Assembly: GCA_905236285.1 (NCBI GenBank)
Contig: CAJOPN010000106.1
Location: 1 to 59,636 of the forward strand
Direction of reading: 5' to 3'
Source: an uncultured Selenomonadaceae bacterium
GTDB taxonomy: Bacteria; Bacillota; Negativicutes; Selenomonadales; Selenomonadaceae
DNA length: 59,636 nt
Shown: one piece after another, positions 27,495 through 36,784 of the stretch
Layout of the letters: every line of letters starts with the position of its first letter
Position numbering within the stretch: position 1 is the stretch's first letter
Translations under genes and position numbers: made by a program
The notes under the pieces: generated by a model
The model's input: the letters and a program-made list of their open reading frames with translations, nothing else
What the model was told of the DNA's origin: nothing
The model's database searches: none

Positions 27495-27517
27495 GAGCCG
27501 ATTGAAGGCTCTTTTTT
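27495..27517. terminator. Hairpin terminator between the TerD-like gene and convergent lctP
   Basis: GAGCC (27495-27499), 7-nt loop, GGCTC (27507-27511), T6 (27512-27517). An A-run lies on the other side. Confidence 0.65.
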
Positions 27518-27544
27518 AGTTTGCAATTTTATTCAGAAAAAAAT

Positions 27545-29077
27545 TTATCCTGCCAAAACTTGACCGAAATAAACTACTGCACCCATGAAAATTATGAACG
27601 GAATATAAAATTTGACGGCGAAAGCCAAAAGTTGAGAATCTGCACCTTGAACGCCGATAGCCGCAGAACCGATTGCAATCGACAAAGGAGAAATCATTTT
27701 TCCAGCACAAGCTCCGGTTGCATTGGCAGCAGCGACCCAAGCCTGAACATTTTCTGATGAACCTATTGCCTGGCATGCGATAACTTGAAGTTTTCCGAAA
27801 AGAACACAGCTTGAAGTGGCTGAACCTGTTATATAAGTTCCGACTGAACCAAGAAATGCCGCAATCGCAGGATAACCTGTTCCTGTCATTGCAACGGCAG
27901 TATCTGCAATCTGTCCTGTCATTCCGCTGTAACCCATGACTTTTGCAGTCGCGATAACCGCAATAATTGTTACCATCGTAAATTTTAAACCGTTGACGGT
28001 TCGTCCGAGTACACCGAACATTTCATTAAATGTTGCGCCTTGCTTTAGTCCGCCTAAAAATGCAGCAATCAAAATCAAAACGCCGGGAGTATTGACCCAA
28101 ACGAATGTATAAGGTGAACCTCCTTCGCCTGTGTAAATCGGCACGCTTGATTTAATCGTCATCAATGCAGAATTAATCGGCGGCACAAGTTTACTTGTGA
28201 AAAGCAAAAATATAAAAATCAAAATGAACGGCATGCAGGCAGTCAAAGCCATTGAAGAATCAATTTTGGTTTCGGCTTGAGAAGGCATCGCATATTCGGG
28301 ATCATCAACAGGAAATTTTTTTGCAAGAACAACGATAGTTCCCATCGTGGTGATTGCACCTGCGACAACTGCAAGTTCGGGACCGACAAACATTGAAAGT
28401 GCAAGTTCGGGAACGAAAAAGGATAATCCCGATCCAAGACACATTATCGTCATGCCCTTTAGTGCTTTCAATGATCCGCCGGTTACAATTACCATCAGCC
28501 ACGGACAAAGTAACGTCAAAACTCCGAGTTGAAGACTTGTAAAAGTCGCAAGCTGAATTGGATCTATGCTCGTGACATTTGCAAGAGTGACGAGAGGAAT
28601 CCCGATTGAACCGTAAGCAGTCGGAACTGAATTTGCAATCAGACAAACGCTGACCGACAAAATCGGATTGATTCCAATTCCCGCCAGCATTCCTGCAGGC
28701 ACGGCAATTGCTGTTCCGAATCCTGCCATTCCTTCCAAAAATCCGCCGAATCCCCAGCCGATTAAAAGAATTAAAACTCTTCGATCATGACTGACACTCG
28801 TCAACATATCTTTGATTGTGTCCATCGCTTTTGTGTGAAGAACCAAATTATAAGTGAAAATTGCAGCAACGATAACCAAAAGAATCGGCCAGCATGCAAG
28901 TGCAAGACCTTCAAGCACAGCTTCAACCGCGTATTGAGTTTCCATCGACCAAACGCCGATTCCTGCCGCCAATGAAATTATCAACGCTATTACACATGCT
29001 TTCCACGGCGACATTTTTATAACTGCCAATGCCAACACTAACCACAATATTGGTGAAAGTGCGAGTAAAAACATCAA
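27545..29077 (-). CDS. lctP: L-lactate permease (LctP family)
   Basis: 510-aa polytopic protein. GFGGFLEGMAGFGTAIAVPAGML and TGSATSSCVLFGKLQ ... GKMISPLSIAIG match LldP/LctP signature regions. Confidence 0.9.
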   Translation of the reverse strand: MMFLLALSPILWLVLALAVIKMSPWKACVIALIISLAAGIGVWSMETQYAVEAVLEGLALACWPILLVIVAAIFTYNLVLHTKAMDTIKDMLTSVSHDRRVLILLIGWGFGGFLEGMAGFGTAIAVPAGMLAGIGINPILSVSVCLIANSVPTAYGSIGIPLVTLANVTSIDPIQLATFTSLQLGVLTLLCPWLMVIVTGGSLKALKGMTIMCLGSGLSFFVPELALSMFVGPELAVVAGAITTMGTIVVLAKKFPVDDPEYAMPSQAETKIDSSMALTACMPFILIFIFLLFTSKLVPPINSALMTIKSSVPIYTGEGGSPYTFVWVNTPGVLILIAAFLGGLKQGATFNEMFGVLGRTVNGLKFTMVTIIAVIATAKVMGYSGMTGQIADTAVAMTGTGYPAIAAFLGSVGTYITGSATSSCVLFGKLQVIACQAIGSSENVQAWVAAANATGACAGKMISPLSIAIGSAAIGVQGADSQLLAFAVKFYIPFIIFMGAVVYFGQVLAG

Positions 29078-29100
29078 TATAATCCACCACCTTTTATTTT

Positions 29101-30471
29101 TTAAGCCGAAGTATTTTCTTCATCATCGGGAGTATCAGGTTCGTCATTCGTTTTATCGAGATTGATTCGTTGACTTTCATCAAGCGGCAAAATTTTTGGA
29201 GGTTCACCGTCATTAATGCACGATTCGGTAATTACAACTTTTCGAGGTTCATTCGTTTTCGGAATATCGTACATTACATCAAGCATTGTATCTTCAATAA
29301 TTCCTTTGAGACTTCTTGCACCAGTTTTTCTTTCAATCGCTTTCTTTGCAACTGCTCTCAATGCCGATTCTTCAAATTCAAGTTTTACGTTGTCCATCTC
29401 CATTAATTTTTCATATTGCTTGACAGGGGCATTTTTCGGCTCAGTTAAAATTCTCAGCAATGAATCTTCATCAAGAGTTTCGAGCGTGCAAATGACAGGA
29501 AGTCGTCCGATAATTTCGGGAATGATTCCGTATTTCATCAAATCTTCAGGTCGGACTTGATGAATGAGTTCATCATAACGTTTCGATTCGTCTTCATTGC
29601 TCGGAATGTCAACGCCGAATCCCATTCCTGCTGCATTTTTTTTGATACGCTTTGCAACAATTTTTTCTATTCCGACGAAGGCACCGCCGACTATAAATAA
29701 AATATTTCGCGTGTTGACTTTAATTGTCGGAGCTTCCGGATGCTTTCTCTGACCGCGTGCAGTAAATTCAACCGCACTACCTTCAAGCATTTTCAAAAGT
29801 CCCTGCTGAACTCCCTCATGTCCGGGATCGGCTGTTATTGAATTATTTTCGCCGGATTTTCTTGCAATTTTATCAAATTCATCAAGATAAATTATTCCGT
29901 GCTCGGTTTTTTCAATATCTTTGCCTGCCGCGTAATAAAGATTTCTTACGGCAACTTCAACATCTGCTCCGACAAATCCCGCCTCAGTCAAACTTGATGC
30001 GTCGGTAACCGCAAACGGAATATCCAAAAGCCGCGAAAGATGACTTAAAAGCGCAGTTTTTCCGCAGCCTGTCGGACCTAAAATTATTACATTTGATTTG
30101 TCAAGTTCCTCTTCGCCGCTTTCATGTTCATAATCGTAAAGCATTCTTTTATAATGATTGTAAGCCGCGACCGAAAGAATTTTTTTTGCGCGTTCCTGCT
30201 TGATTATAAATTCATCAAGATATGCTTTTATTACATGAGGTTTATTTTTTTTGAGAACTTTTTTGAGTTCGGAAGAAAATCCGTGCGATTGCTGCTGAGG
30301 TTCGGCATTATTTTTAACTGCGTCATGCTCATCAAGGAATCGACTCACCTCACGAATACAATTTTTACATATCGCAAAACCTGTGTTCGGATCAAAAATC
30401 GGTATATCATATTGATCATGTACTTTTATTCTTCTTCTGCAAAGACTGCATCTGACTTCTTGAACAGGCAT
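29101..30471 (-). CDS. clpX: ATP-dependent Clp protease ATP-binding subunit ClpX
   Basis: N-terminal zinc-binding domain CSLC...CKNC, Walker A GPTGCGKT, IIYLDEFDK, GFVGADVE, plus an acidic C-terminal tail. No clpP or tig nearby. Confidence 0.93.
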   Translation of the reverse strand: MPVQEVRCSLCRRRIKVHDQYDIPIFDPNTGFAICKNCIREVSRFLDEHDAVKNNAEPQQQSHGFSSELKKVLKKNKPHVIKAYLDEFIIKQERAKKILSVAAYNHYKRMLYDYEHESGEEELDKSNVIILGPTGCGKTALLSHLSRLLDIPFAVTDASSLTEAGFVGADVEVAVRNLYYAAGKDIEKTEHGIIYLDEFDKIARKSGENNSITADPGHEGVQQGLLKMLEGSAVEFTARGQRKHPEAPTIKVNTRNILFIVGGAFVGIEKIVAKRIKKNAAGMGFGVDIPSNEDESKRYDELIHQVRPEDLMKYGIIPEIIGRLPVICTLETLDEDSLLRILTEPKNAPVKQYEKLMEMDNVKLEFEESALRAVAKKAIERKTGARSLKGIIEDTMLDVMYDIPKTNEPRKVVITESCINDGEPPKILPLDESQRINLDKTNDEPDTPDDEENTSA

Positions 30472-30731
30472 TTAAACATCTCCTCAAAATTTTTTACATT
30501 CAGATTATAAAACGAATAACAAAAATGAGCAATATATTTTTTTGAAAACTTTAATTTTTCATTTTCATCAACCGCAAAAATTTTCACAGCTCAAAAAATT
30601 TTCGGAGGCTGAAAAATTTTTTCATCTGAAATTATTTTTTCTTATCATAAAATCAATGATTCGTATGTTGCAGGAATTACAAAAAAAATGTCGAAACGAA
30701 AAGAAAAATTTGTATTAAGGAGATGAGTTTA

Positions 30732-32072
30732 ATGGAAATGCTGATCGGCTTTATTGTTCTGCTCGCATGTTTGATTATCGGCGTGCGGCACGGAGGCATC
30801 GGACTTGCAGTTATAAGCGGTGTCGGACTTGTTATTTTTACTTTCGTTTTCGGTTACAAACCCGGTACTCCTCCAATTGATGTTATGCTTACAATTTTGG
30901 CAGTCGTTACCTGTGCAGGTTTTCTTCAAACTTCAGGCGGTTTAACTGTCATGCTTAAATACGCCGAACAATTTTTACGCAATAATCCAAAACAAATTAC
31001 AATTTTTGCTCCGTTGACGACCTGGTTTTTGACTGTCCTCTGCGGAACAGGGCACGTTGTTTATACAATGTTCCCGATTATTTACGATATTGCAATCAAG
31101 CAAGGCATTCGTCCCGAACGTCCAATGGCTGTTTCGTCAGTCGCCTCTCAAGCAGGAATTTGTGCCTCGCCTGTTTCGGTCGCCGTCGTTTCGATGATTA
31201 CTTTCATGGCAGGTGCAGGTCATAATTACAGCGTCCTTCAAATTTTATCAATCGCCATTCCTGCTACAGGTTTAGGTGTATTTTTCGCGGCTCTTTGGAG
31301 TACCAGACGCGGTAAAGAACTTGCAGACGATCCCGAATTTCAAGCGTTTGTTAAAGACCCCGTAAATAAAGATTATGTTTACGGCGACTCTGAATCACTT
31401 CTCAATAAAGAACTTCCGAAAAGTTTTTATCATGCAATGTACATTTTCTTCTGCGGAATTATCGTTATCGCTCTCTTGGGAAATTTCCCCGATCTTCTTC
31501 CGCATTTTCCCAATGCAAAAGGTGAATTAAAACCTGTTTCAATGACTCAAGTTATTCAAATGGTTATGCTCCTCGTTGCAGCCGTTATTTTGATCGTTTG
31601 CAAAGTCAAAGCTAAAGATGTCGGCAATTCTCAAGTTTTTAAATCCGGTGTCGTTGCTCTCGTCTCGGTTTACGGTGTCGCTTGGATGGCCTCTACTTTC
31701 TTCGGTGCTCACATGGCATTTTTGAAGGAATTTTTGGGTAACGCCGTTCAACAATATCCTTGGGCTTATGCAATTCTCGCCTTCCTCACTTCAAAACTCG
31801 TCAATTCGCAGGCGGCAGCAATCGCTATCGTTTTCCCGATGGCTCTCGGTGTCGGAATGGATCCTGTTTTAATTCTTTCATTTATTAGTGCTTGTTACGG
31901 TTATTTCTTCCTGCCTACTTATCCTTCCGACCTTGCTTGTATCGGTTTCGATCGTTCAGGCACGACCAAAATCGGAAAATATATTTTAAATCATTCATTT
32001 ATGATTCCGGGTTTAATTATCGTTTCAAGCGGCTGCGTTGTCGGTTACATTGTCGCGCACATTTTGCTTTAA
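30732..32072 (+). CDS. dcuB: Anaerobic C4-dicarboxylate transporter, DcuB-like
   Basis: KPGTPPIDVMLTILAVV, CGTGHVVYTMFPIIYDIAIKQGIRPERPMAVSS, ASPVSVAVVSM closely follow E. coli DcuB. ATG 30732 is 9 nt from AAGGAG, whereas track start 30723 abuts the SD. Confidence 0.9.
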   Translation: MEMLIGFIVLLACLIIGVRHGGIGLAVISGVGLVIFTFVFGYKPGTPPIDVMLTILAVVTCAGFLQTSGGLTVMLKYAEQFLRNNPKQITIFAPLTTWFLTVLCGTGHVVYTMFPIIYDIAIKQGIRPERPMAVSSVASQAGICASPVSVAVVSMITFMAGAGHNYSVLQILSIAIPATGLGVFFAALWSTRRGKELADDPEFQAFVKDPVNKDYVYGDSESLLNKELPKSFYHAMYIFFCGIIVIALLGNFPDLLPHFPNAKGELKPVSMTQVIQMVMLLVAAVILIVCKVKAKDVGNSQVFKSGVVALVSVYGVAWMASTFFGAHMAFLKEFLGNAVQQYPWAYAILAFLTSKLVNSQAAAIAIVFPMALGVGMDPVLILSFISACYGYFFLPTYPSDLACIGFDRSGTTKIGKYILNHSFMIPGLIIVSSGCVVGYIVAHILL

Positions 32073-32101
32073 TTTTTATATCTTCGGAAAAATTTTTCAG
32101 T

Positions 32102-32131
32102 CGTCGATGAAAATTTGTCGACGTTTTTTTT
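32102..32131 (+). terminator. Rho-independent terminator after dcuB
   Basis: CGTCGA (32102-32107), 10-nt loop, TCGACG (32118-32123), T8. Confidence 0.8.
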
Positions 32132-32132
32132 A

Positions 32133-32160
32133 TTGTAAAAATTTTTTTATCTGCTATAAT
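32133..32160 (+). promoter_or_regulatory. Sigma-A promoter candidate for cysS
   Basis: TTGTAA (32133-32138), 16-nt spacer, TATAAT (32155-32160). Confidence 0.55.
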
Positions 32161-32192
32161 AATTTTACAAAAGAATTTTGGAGGAGAAATTA

Positions 32193-33686
32193 ATGTTAAA
32201 AGTTTATAATACAATGACGCGGACGAAAGAAAATTTTAAACCGCTCGAAAAAAATAAAGTTTCAATTTATTGTTGCGGAGTTACTCCTTACAATGATCCT
32301 CATATCGGTAATGCAAGACCTTTTGTAACTTGGGATGTAATCCGACGTTATTTCAAAAAAAAAGGTTATGAGGTCAAATATATTCAAAATTTCACCGATG
32401 TTGACGACAAAATAATTGCGGCGGCGAATCGTGAAGGAAAAACTTGGAAAGAAATTTCCGACAGATATATTGAAGAATATTTTAAATCGATGGACGCTCT
32501 CAACATTTATCACGCCGATTTATATCCGAGAGTTTCAGAAACGATGGACGATATTATTTCAATGATTCAGACTTTGATTGATAAAAATTTTGCTTATGTA
32601 CTTGAAAACGGTGATGTATTTTTTGATGTTACAAAAGATGAGCATTACGGCAAATTGAGTGGCAGAAAACTTGATAACAATGAAGCGGGGGCACGAATTG
32701 AAATTGACGGCAGAAAACATAATCCAATGGATTTTGCATTGTGGAAATCAGCAAAAGAAGGCGAGCCGTTTTGGGAAAGTCCTTTCGGTAACGGCAGACC
32801 CGGCTGGCATATTGAATGTTCGGCGATGTCATTGAAATATCTCGGCGAAAAATTTGACTTTCACGGCGGCGGAGCTGATTTAATATTTCCTCATCACGAA
32901 AACGAAATCGCGCAGTCACAATGTGCAATCGGTGATGAAAATTCATTTGCTCAATATTGGCTGCACAACGGATTTATTACGATTGATCACGAAAAAATGA
33001 GTAAATCGGCAGGAAATTTTTTCACGGTCAAAGACATTTTAAAAAAATATTCGGGCGAAGTTGTGAGATTTTTCTTGATTCAAACTCATTATCGCAGTCC
33101 GCTTGATTTCGGCGAAGACAGAATTAAAGAGGCTCAAACTTCATATAATCGACTTTCAACGAGTAAGGATTATTTGTTTGACTTGATTAAAAAAATTGAT
33201 TCGGGAGATATGGATTTCGGAGGAATGGGCAGTACTGCGATAACTGTATCAAAAGCTGGAGGACTTGCTGAAATTGCCGAGAGACTTTTATCTCAATTTT
33301 ATGATGCTATGGACGATGATTTTAATACTGCACTTGCAATCGGTCATATGTTTGAACTGTCGAAGGAAATTAATATTTATTATAATGACGTAATCAATGA
33401 AAAAAATCAAATCAGCGAATCGGACGCAAAAATAATTTACCGTGTGAGAGATATTTACATGGAAATGGCCGGAATCGTCGGAATATTTGAGAAGGCGGTT
33501 AAAGCTGTTGATGAGAATGCAGAATTTAAATTGATAGATGATTTAATGGAAATAATAATTGCGAATCGACAGGCGGCACGTGAAGCAAAAAATTGGGCGG
33601 CGGCTGATGAAATTCGCGATAAATTGAAAGCGGCAGGTGTAATTTTGGAAGATACGCCTCAGGGAGTCCGTTGGAAGAGAATTTAA
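32193..33686 (+). CDS. cysS: Cysteine--tRNA ligase
   Basis: CGVTPYNDPHIGNARP (HIGH), KMSKSAGN (KMSKS), WHIECS. ATG 32193 lies 6 nt after GGAGGAG. Confidence 0.95.
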   Translation: MLKVYNTMTRTKENFKPLEKNKVSIYCCGVTPYNDPHIGNARPFVTWDVIRRYFKKKGYEVKYIQNFTDVDDKIIAAANREGKTWKEISDRYIEEYFKSMDALNIYHADLYPRVSETMDDIISMIQTLIDKNFAYVLENGDVFFDVTKDEHYGKLSGRKLDNNEAGARIEIDGRKHNPMDFALWKSAKEGEPFWESPFGNGRPGWHIECSAMSLKYLGEKFDFHGGGADLIFPHHENEIAQSQCAIGDENSFAQYWLHNGFITIDHEKMSKSAGNFFTVKDILKKYSGEVVRFFLIQTHYRSPLDFGEDRIKEAQTSYNRLSTSKDYLFDLIKKIDSGDMDFGGMGSTAITVSKAGGLAEIAERLLSQFYDAMDDDFNTALAIGHMFELSKEINIYYNDVINEKNQISESDAKIIYRVRDIYMEMAGIVGIFEKAVKAVDENAEFKLIDDLMEIIIANRQAAREAKNWAAADEIRDKLKAAGVILEDTPQGVRWKRI

Positions 33687-33689
33687 GAA

Positions 33690-34103
33690 ATGAAAAAGTT
33701 AAAAAAAATTTGTGAAGAATTGGATTTAAGAAATTTACAAACATTGTCGATTGCTTATGTCGGCGATGCTTATTTTCATTTATTCGTGCGAACCAATCTT
33801 TTAAAATTTAAATACAAAGTGCATGATTTGCATGAAATGAGTTCAAAAATAGTTTCTGCAGTAGGACAATCTCAAGCATATAAAAAAATTGAAAAAATTT
33901 TGACTGAGGAAGAGAGAGCAATTTTTAACAGAGGAAAAAATACAAAAAGTCATACCTCTCATTCAGCAAGCAATATCGAATATCATAACTCGACGGGCTT
34001 TGAAACTTTGCTGGGAACGTTATTTATTAAGAATGATTTTGATCGCTTGGAAGAAATTGCAGAGGCGGCTTTTGATGTTTTTATGAAAGAGAATCGGGAG
34101 TGA
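33690..34103 (+). CDS. mrnC: Mini-ribonuclease III
   Basis: 137 aa. SIAYVGDAYFHLFVR catalytic motif. Conserved position directly after cysS. Confidence 0.88.
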   Translation: MKKLKKICEELDLRNLQTLSIAYVGDAYFHLFVRTNLLKFKYKVHDLHEMSSKIVSAVGQSQAYKKIEKILTEEERAIFNRGKNTKSHTSHSASNIEYHNSTGFETLLGTLFIKNDFDRLEEIAEAAFDVFMKENRE

Positions 34104-34109
34104 GCATTT

Positions 34110-35852
34110 TTGAATATTATACTTTGGATTCAATCAACGGATTCACCTTTTATAATTCCCGCTTTAAATATTTTGGCGCAAAATTATGGAAAAATAAATT
34201 TTCTCGGCGCAGTTTATAATACTCTTCCTCCTTTAACTCCTTTAAAAATCGGCGATGTTTTGATTCCTACTTTAAATAAATTTGATTTAATGTCGATTGA
34301 TTACGATTTAATTATTATCGGCGGACAAGGTAACGAGAATTTTTCAATTTTTGAAGAAGCAGAGAATTTCAAAATTAATTCGTATAAATTGGTACAAGAC
34401 AGAATAATTTGCATGTCAGGATTTACGATTGAACGTTACAGAAAACTTTGTCACTCCAAACTTTCAATTTTCTCAATGAATAATTTCGGCAATCTCATTC
34501 AATTATCTTTAAATTTTCCGTTTGTCGTATCGAATATGAATTTTTCAGTAACCGATGAAGAATTTTTAAAATTTTTGCATGCTCCTCAAAATTATATCAA
34601 TCCTCAAATTCATTCTCAAATTAATTGGTATAATCTGCTTGTTGTTATGTTTACGGAAAATCCTAAAATATTGGCTGAATTCGATGAATTGCCTTACTTT
34701 AAAAAAATTTGTTTCGTGCCGTTTGAAAATAATTTTGATTCCGGATTTTATATCAAACCTTATTACATGAATGGAATTCCATTTAATGACTTTATAAGAT
34801 CAAATTCCGTTATAAAAGTAGCTGAAAGTTTTGATATATGGGATATTTTGCTTTATGGTAAAAAAACTCCGATTAAAATTAAGAGTGGTTTTGATCAATC
34901 AGTCGGTGATAACATAAAACCTGGGCGTTATCATTATGAAAGTGAAAATAAAAAAATAAATTATTATAATTGGTCGCCGGAACAAGATATAAATGTACCA
35001 AAACAGCAGTTGGGACGCGGATTGTTTTGGCTTGGCAATTTTATTGAAGATAATCATATCAGCGGTAAGGAATTTAATTTTTTCGGAACTTACGGCGATT
35101 ACAGATTTGTAAAATTGTCTCCGATTAAAAATAAAATTTTTTTTACGATGGAAGAGGTTTTTAATTGGCCCTGGTATGACGGTTATCAAGATTATTGTTT
35201 GGATTATGTTGATTTGGCTTTGGGTTTTGAACCTTTTAAAAAAGATAATTATATTCGTTTTCCTTATTGGCTGACAATTTATTTCGATACAAAATTGGAT
35301 CACCGTGCAATAAAAAACGTAATTAAAAAAATAAATGTGGCTCGAAATAAAAAAAAATATGAATGTGTAAATATAAGCAGTCATGATTCGATGAATACAA
35401 GGACACCTATTTATAACGGCTTGAAGGATATTTTGAATATAAAATGTGCAGGAAGATGGAATCACAATACAGATGAATTAAAAAATGAATACAATGATGA
35501 CAAAATGAAATATATAAATGAATTTATGTTTAATATTTGTCCCGAAAATGTAAATCGATTCGGATATGTGACTGAAAAAATTTTTGATTCGTTCGCCGCA
35601 GGTTCGATTCCGATTTATTACGGTTCTGATAACAATCCCGAAGAAGGAATCATCAATAAAAATGCAGTTTTGTTTTGGAATATGAACGGCGATAATGAAG
35701 GACTGATAAAAGAAATAATTCGACTTAAAACCAATGAAAAATATTACAATAAATTTATGAAACAGGAAAAACTTTTCACGAAAAATGCAGTTGAATACGT
35801 TTATACAACATTTGAAAAATTGGCGAAGAAATTAAAAGAAATGGGCGATTGA
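34110..35852 (+). CDS. Two-domain glycosyltransferase: degenerate DUF1919-like N-terminal region + GT10 alpha-1,3/4-fucosyltransferase-like C-terminal domain
   Basis: The C-terminal FMFNICPENVNRFGYVTEKIFDSFAAGSIPIYYGS closely parallels the H. pylori FutA motif KFNLCFENTQGYGYVTEKIIDAYFSHTIPIYWGS. The N-terminal ~250 aa is paralogous to the next gene. TTG start after GGGAG. Confidence 0.8.
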   Translation: MNIILWIQSTDSPFIIPALNILAQNYGKINFLGAVYNTLPPLTPLKIGDVLIPTLNKFDLMSIDYDLIIIGGQGNENFSIFEEAENFKINSYKLVQDRIICMSGFTIERYRKLCHSKLSIFSMNNFGNLIQLSLNFPFVVSNMNFSVTDEEFLKFLHAPQNYINPQIHSQINWYNLLVVMFTENPKILAEFDELPYFKKICFVPFENNFDSGFYIKPYYMNGIPFNDFIRSNSVIKVAESFDIWDILLYGKKTPIKIKSGFDQSVGDNIKPGRYHYESENKKINYYNWSPEQDINVPKQQLGRGLFWLGNFIEDNHISGKEFNFFGTYGDYRFVKLSPIKNKIFFTMEEVFNWPWYDGYQDYCLDYVDLALGFEPFKKDNYIRFPYWLTIYFDTKLDHRAIKNVIKKINVARNKKKYECVNISSHDSMNTRTPIYNGLKDILNIKCAGRWNHNTDELKNEYNDDKMKYINEFMFNICPENVNRFGYVTEKIFDSFAAGSIPIYYGSDNNPEEGIINKNAVLFWNMNGDNEGLIKEIIRLKTNEKYYNKFMKQEKLFTKNAVEYVYTTFEKLAKKLKEMGD

Positions 35853-35869
35853 CTGAGGTGATTTAAACA

Positions 35870-36771
35870 ATGAAAATTATTTTTTGGATTGAATCAATTT
35901 ATTCCGAATTTGCAAAACCAGCTTTAAATATTTTGTTTCAACAATACGGACAAATATTTATTTTAGGTGCAGTACAAAATACCCCCCCACTTCTACTCCT
36001 TTAACAATTAACGATAAGCCTTTGACAATGATTGATAAAAATGATTTGTCAACTATGGATTATGATTTGATTCTCGTAATAGGTAAAGATGCGTCACTTG
36101 TTCCGATTTTGAAAGAAGCAGACGAATTAAAAATAAATCCCGATAAAGTTATTTTGGACAGAACAATTTGTGTACCGGGATTTTCGATTGAACGTTATAA
36201 AAAGCTGCGTAATTCAAAACTTTCAATTTTTGCATTGAGCTGCTGGGGCGGTTTGATTTATCATCAATTTGGATTACCTTTTTTGACTCCAGCGATTAAT
36301 ATGTTTTTTGGCGGCAATACTCTTAAATTTTTATCTGATCCTTTCAGTTATTTTGATAAAGAATTAAAATTTTTAAAATTCGGATTTGAAAAAAATTTGA
36401 AGTGTAACTATCCGATTTTTACTTTGGACGATCTGGAATTGCATATGAATCATTACGGTGATGTTGGAATTGAAGGCGCAAGAAAAAAATGGACAGAACG
36501 GTGTCAGAGAATAAATCGTTACAATACTTTGGTAATGGCATTTACGGAAAAGAAAGATTTTCTTGAAAAATTTGATAAAATTTCTCATGCAAAAAAAGTT
36601 TGTTTTGTAAATTTTGAAACAGATTTAGATTCCGGATTTTATATTGAGCCTGAAATTGTTCGAGGACGACCATTTTATCAACCTGTCAATCAAACATCAC
36701 TTGGTTTTATGAATTATGATCTTTGGGATTTATTGATTTATGGAAAGAAAACACCGATAAAAATTTTTTGA
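35870..36771 (+). pseudogene. DUF1919-like protein (paralogue of the N-terminal half of the preceding gene) interrupted by a frameshift at a C7 tract
   Basis: ATG 35870 (GAGGTG SD) gives MKIIFWIESIYSEFAKPALNILFQQYGQIFILGAVQNTPP, then a stop. The next frame continues ..PPTSTPLTINDKPLTMIDKNDLSTMDYDL... (track ORF 36022..36771). One extra C (C8) fuses them. The product is colinear with MNIILWIQSTDSPFIIPALNILAQNYGKINFLGAVYNTLPPLTPL... of 34110..35852. The SIFALSCWGGLIYHQFGLPFLTPAINMFF motif is DUF1919-like. Confidence 0.8.
35982..35988 (+). repeat. C7 homopolymer inside the 5' coding region of the DUF1919-like gene
   Basis: Counted directly: aaaataCCCCCCCacttc. Confidence 0.95.
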
Positions 36772-36784
36772 AAGAAGATGAATT

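Noticed and set aside
30472-30722. 251-nt divergent intergenic region between clpX and dcuB, examined for a riboswitch, sRNA or FNR/CRP-type palindromes
   Set aside because: Only A/T-rich runs and short AAAATTTT-type palindromes are present, and these recur throughout the window. No convincing conserved-looking structure or TTGAT-N4-ATCAA site was found.
32132-32192. T-box leader upstream of cysS
   Set aside because: Only about 60 nt lie between the dcuB terminator and the cysS start, and they are occupied by a promoter and SD. That is far too short for a T-box riboswitch.
34899-35465. 188-aa antisense ORF inside the GT10-like gene
   Set aside because: An I/F/Y-rich product typical of the reverse strand of AT-rich coding DNA. 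The sense strand carries the clear fucosyltransferase motif.
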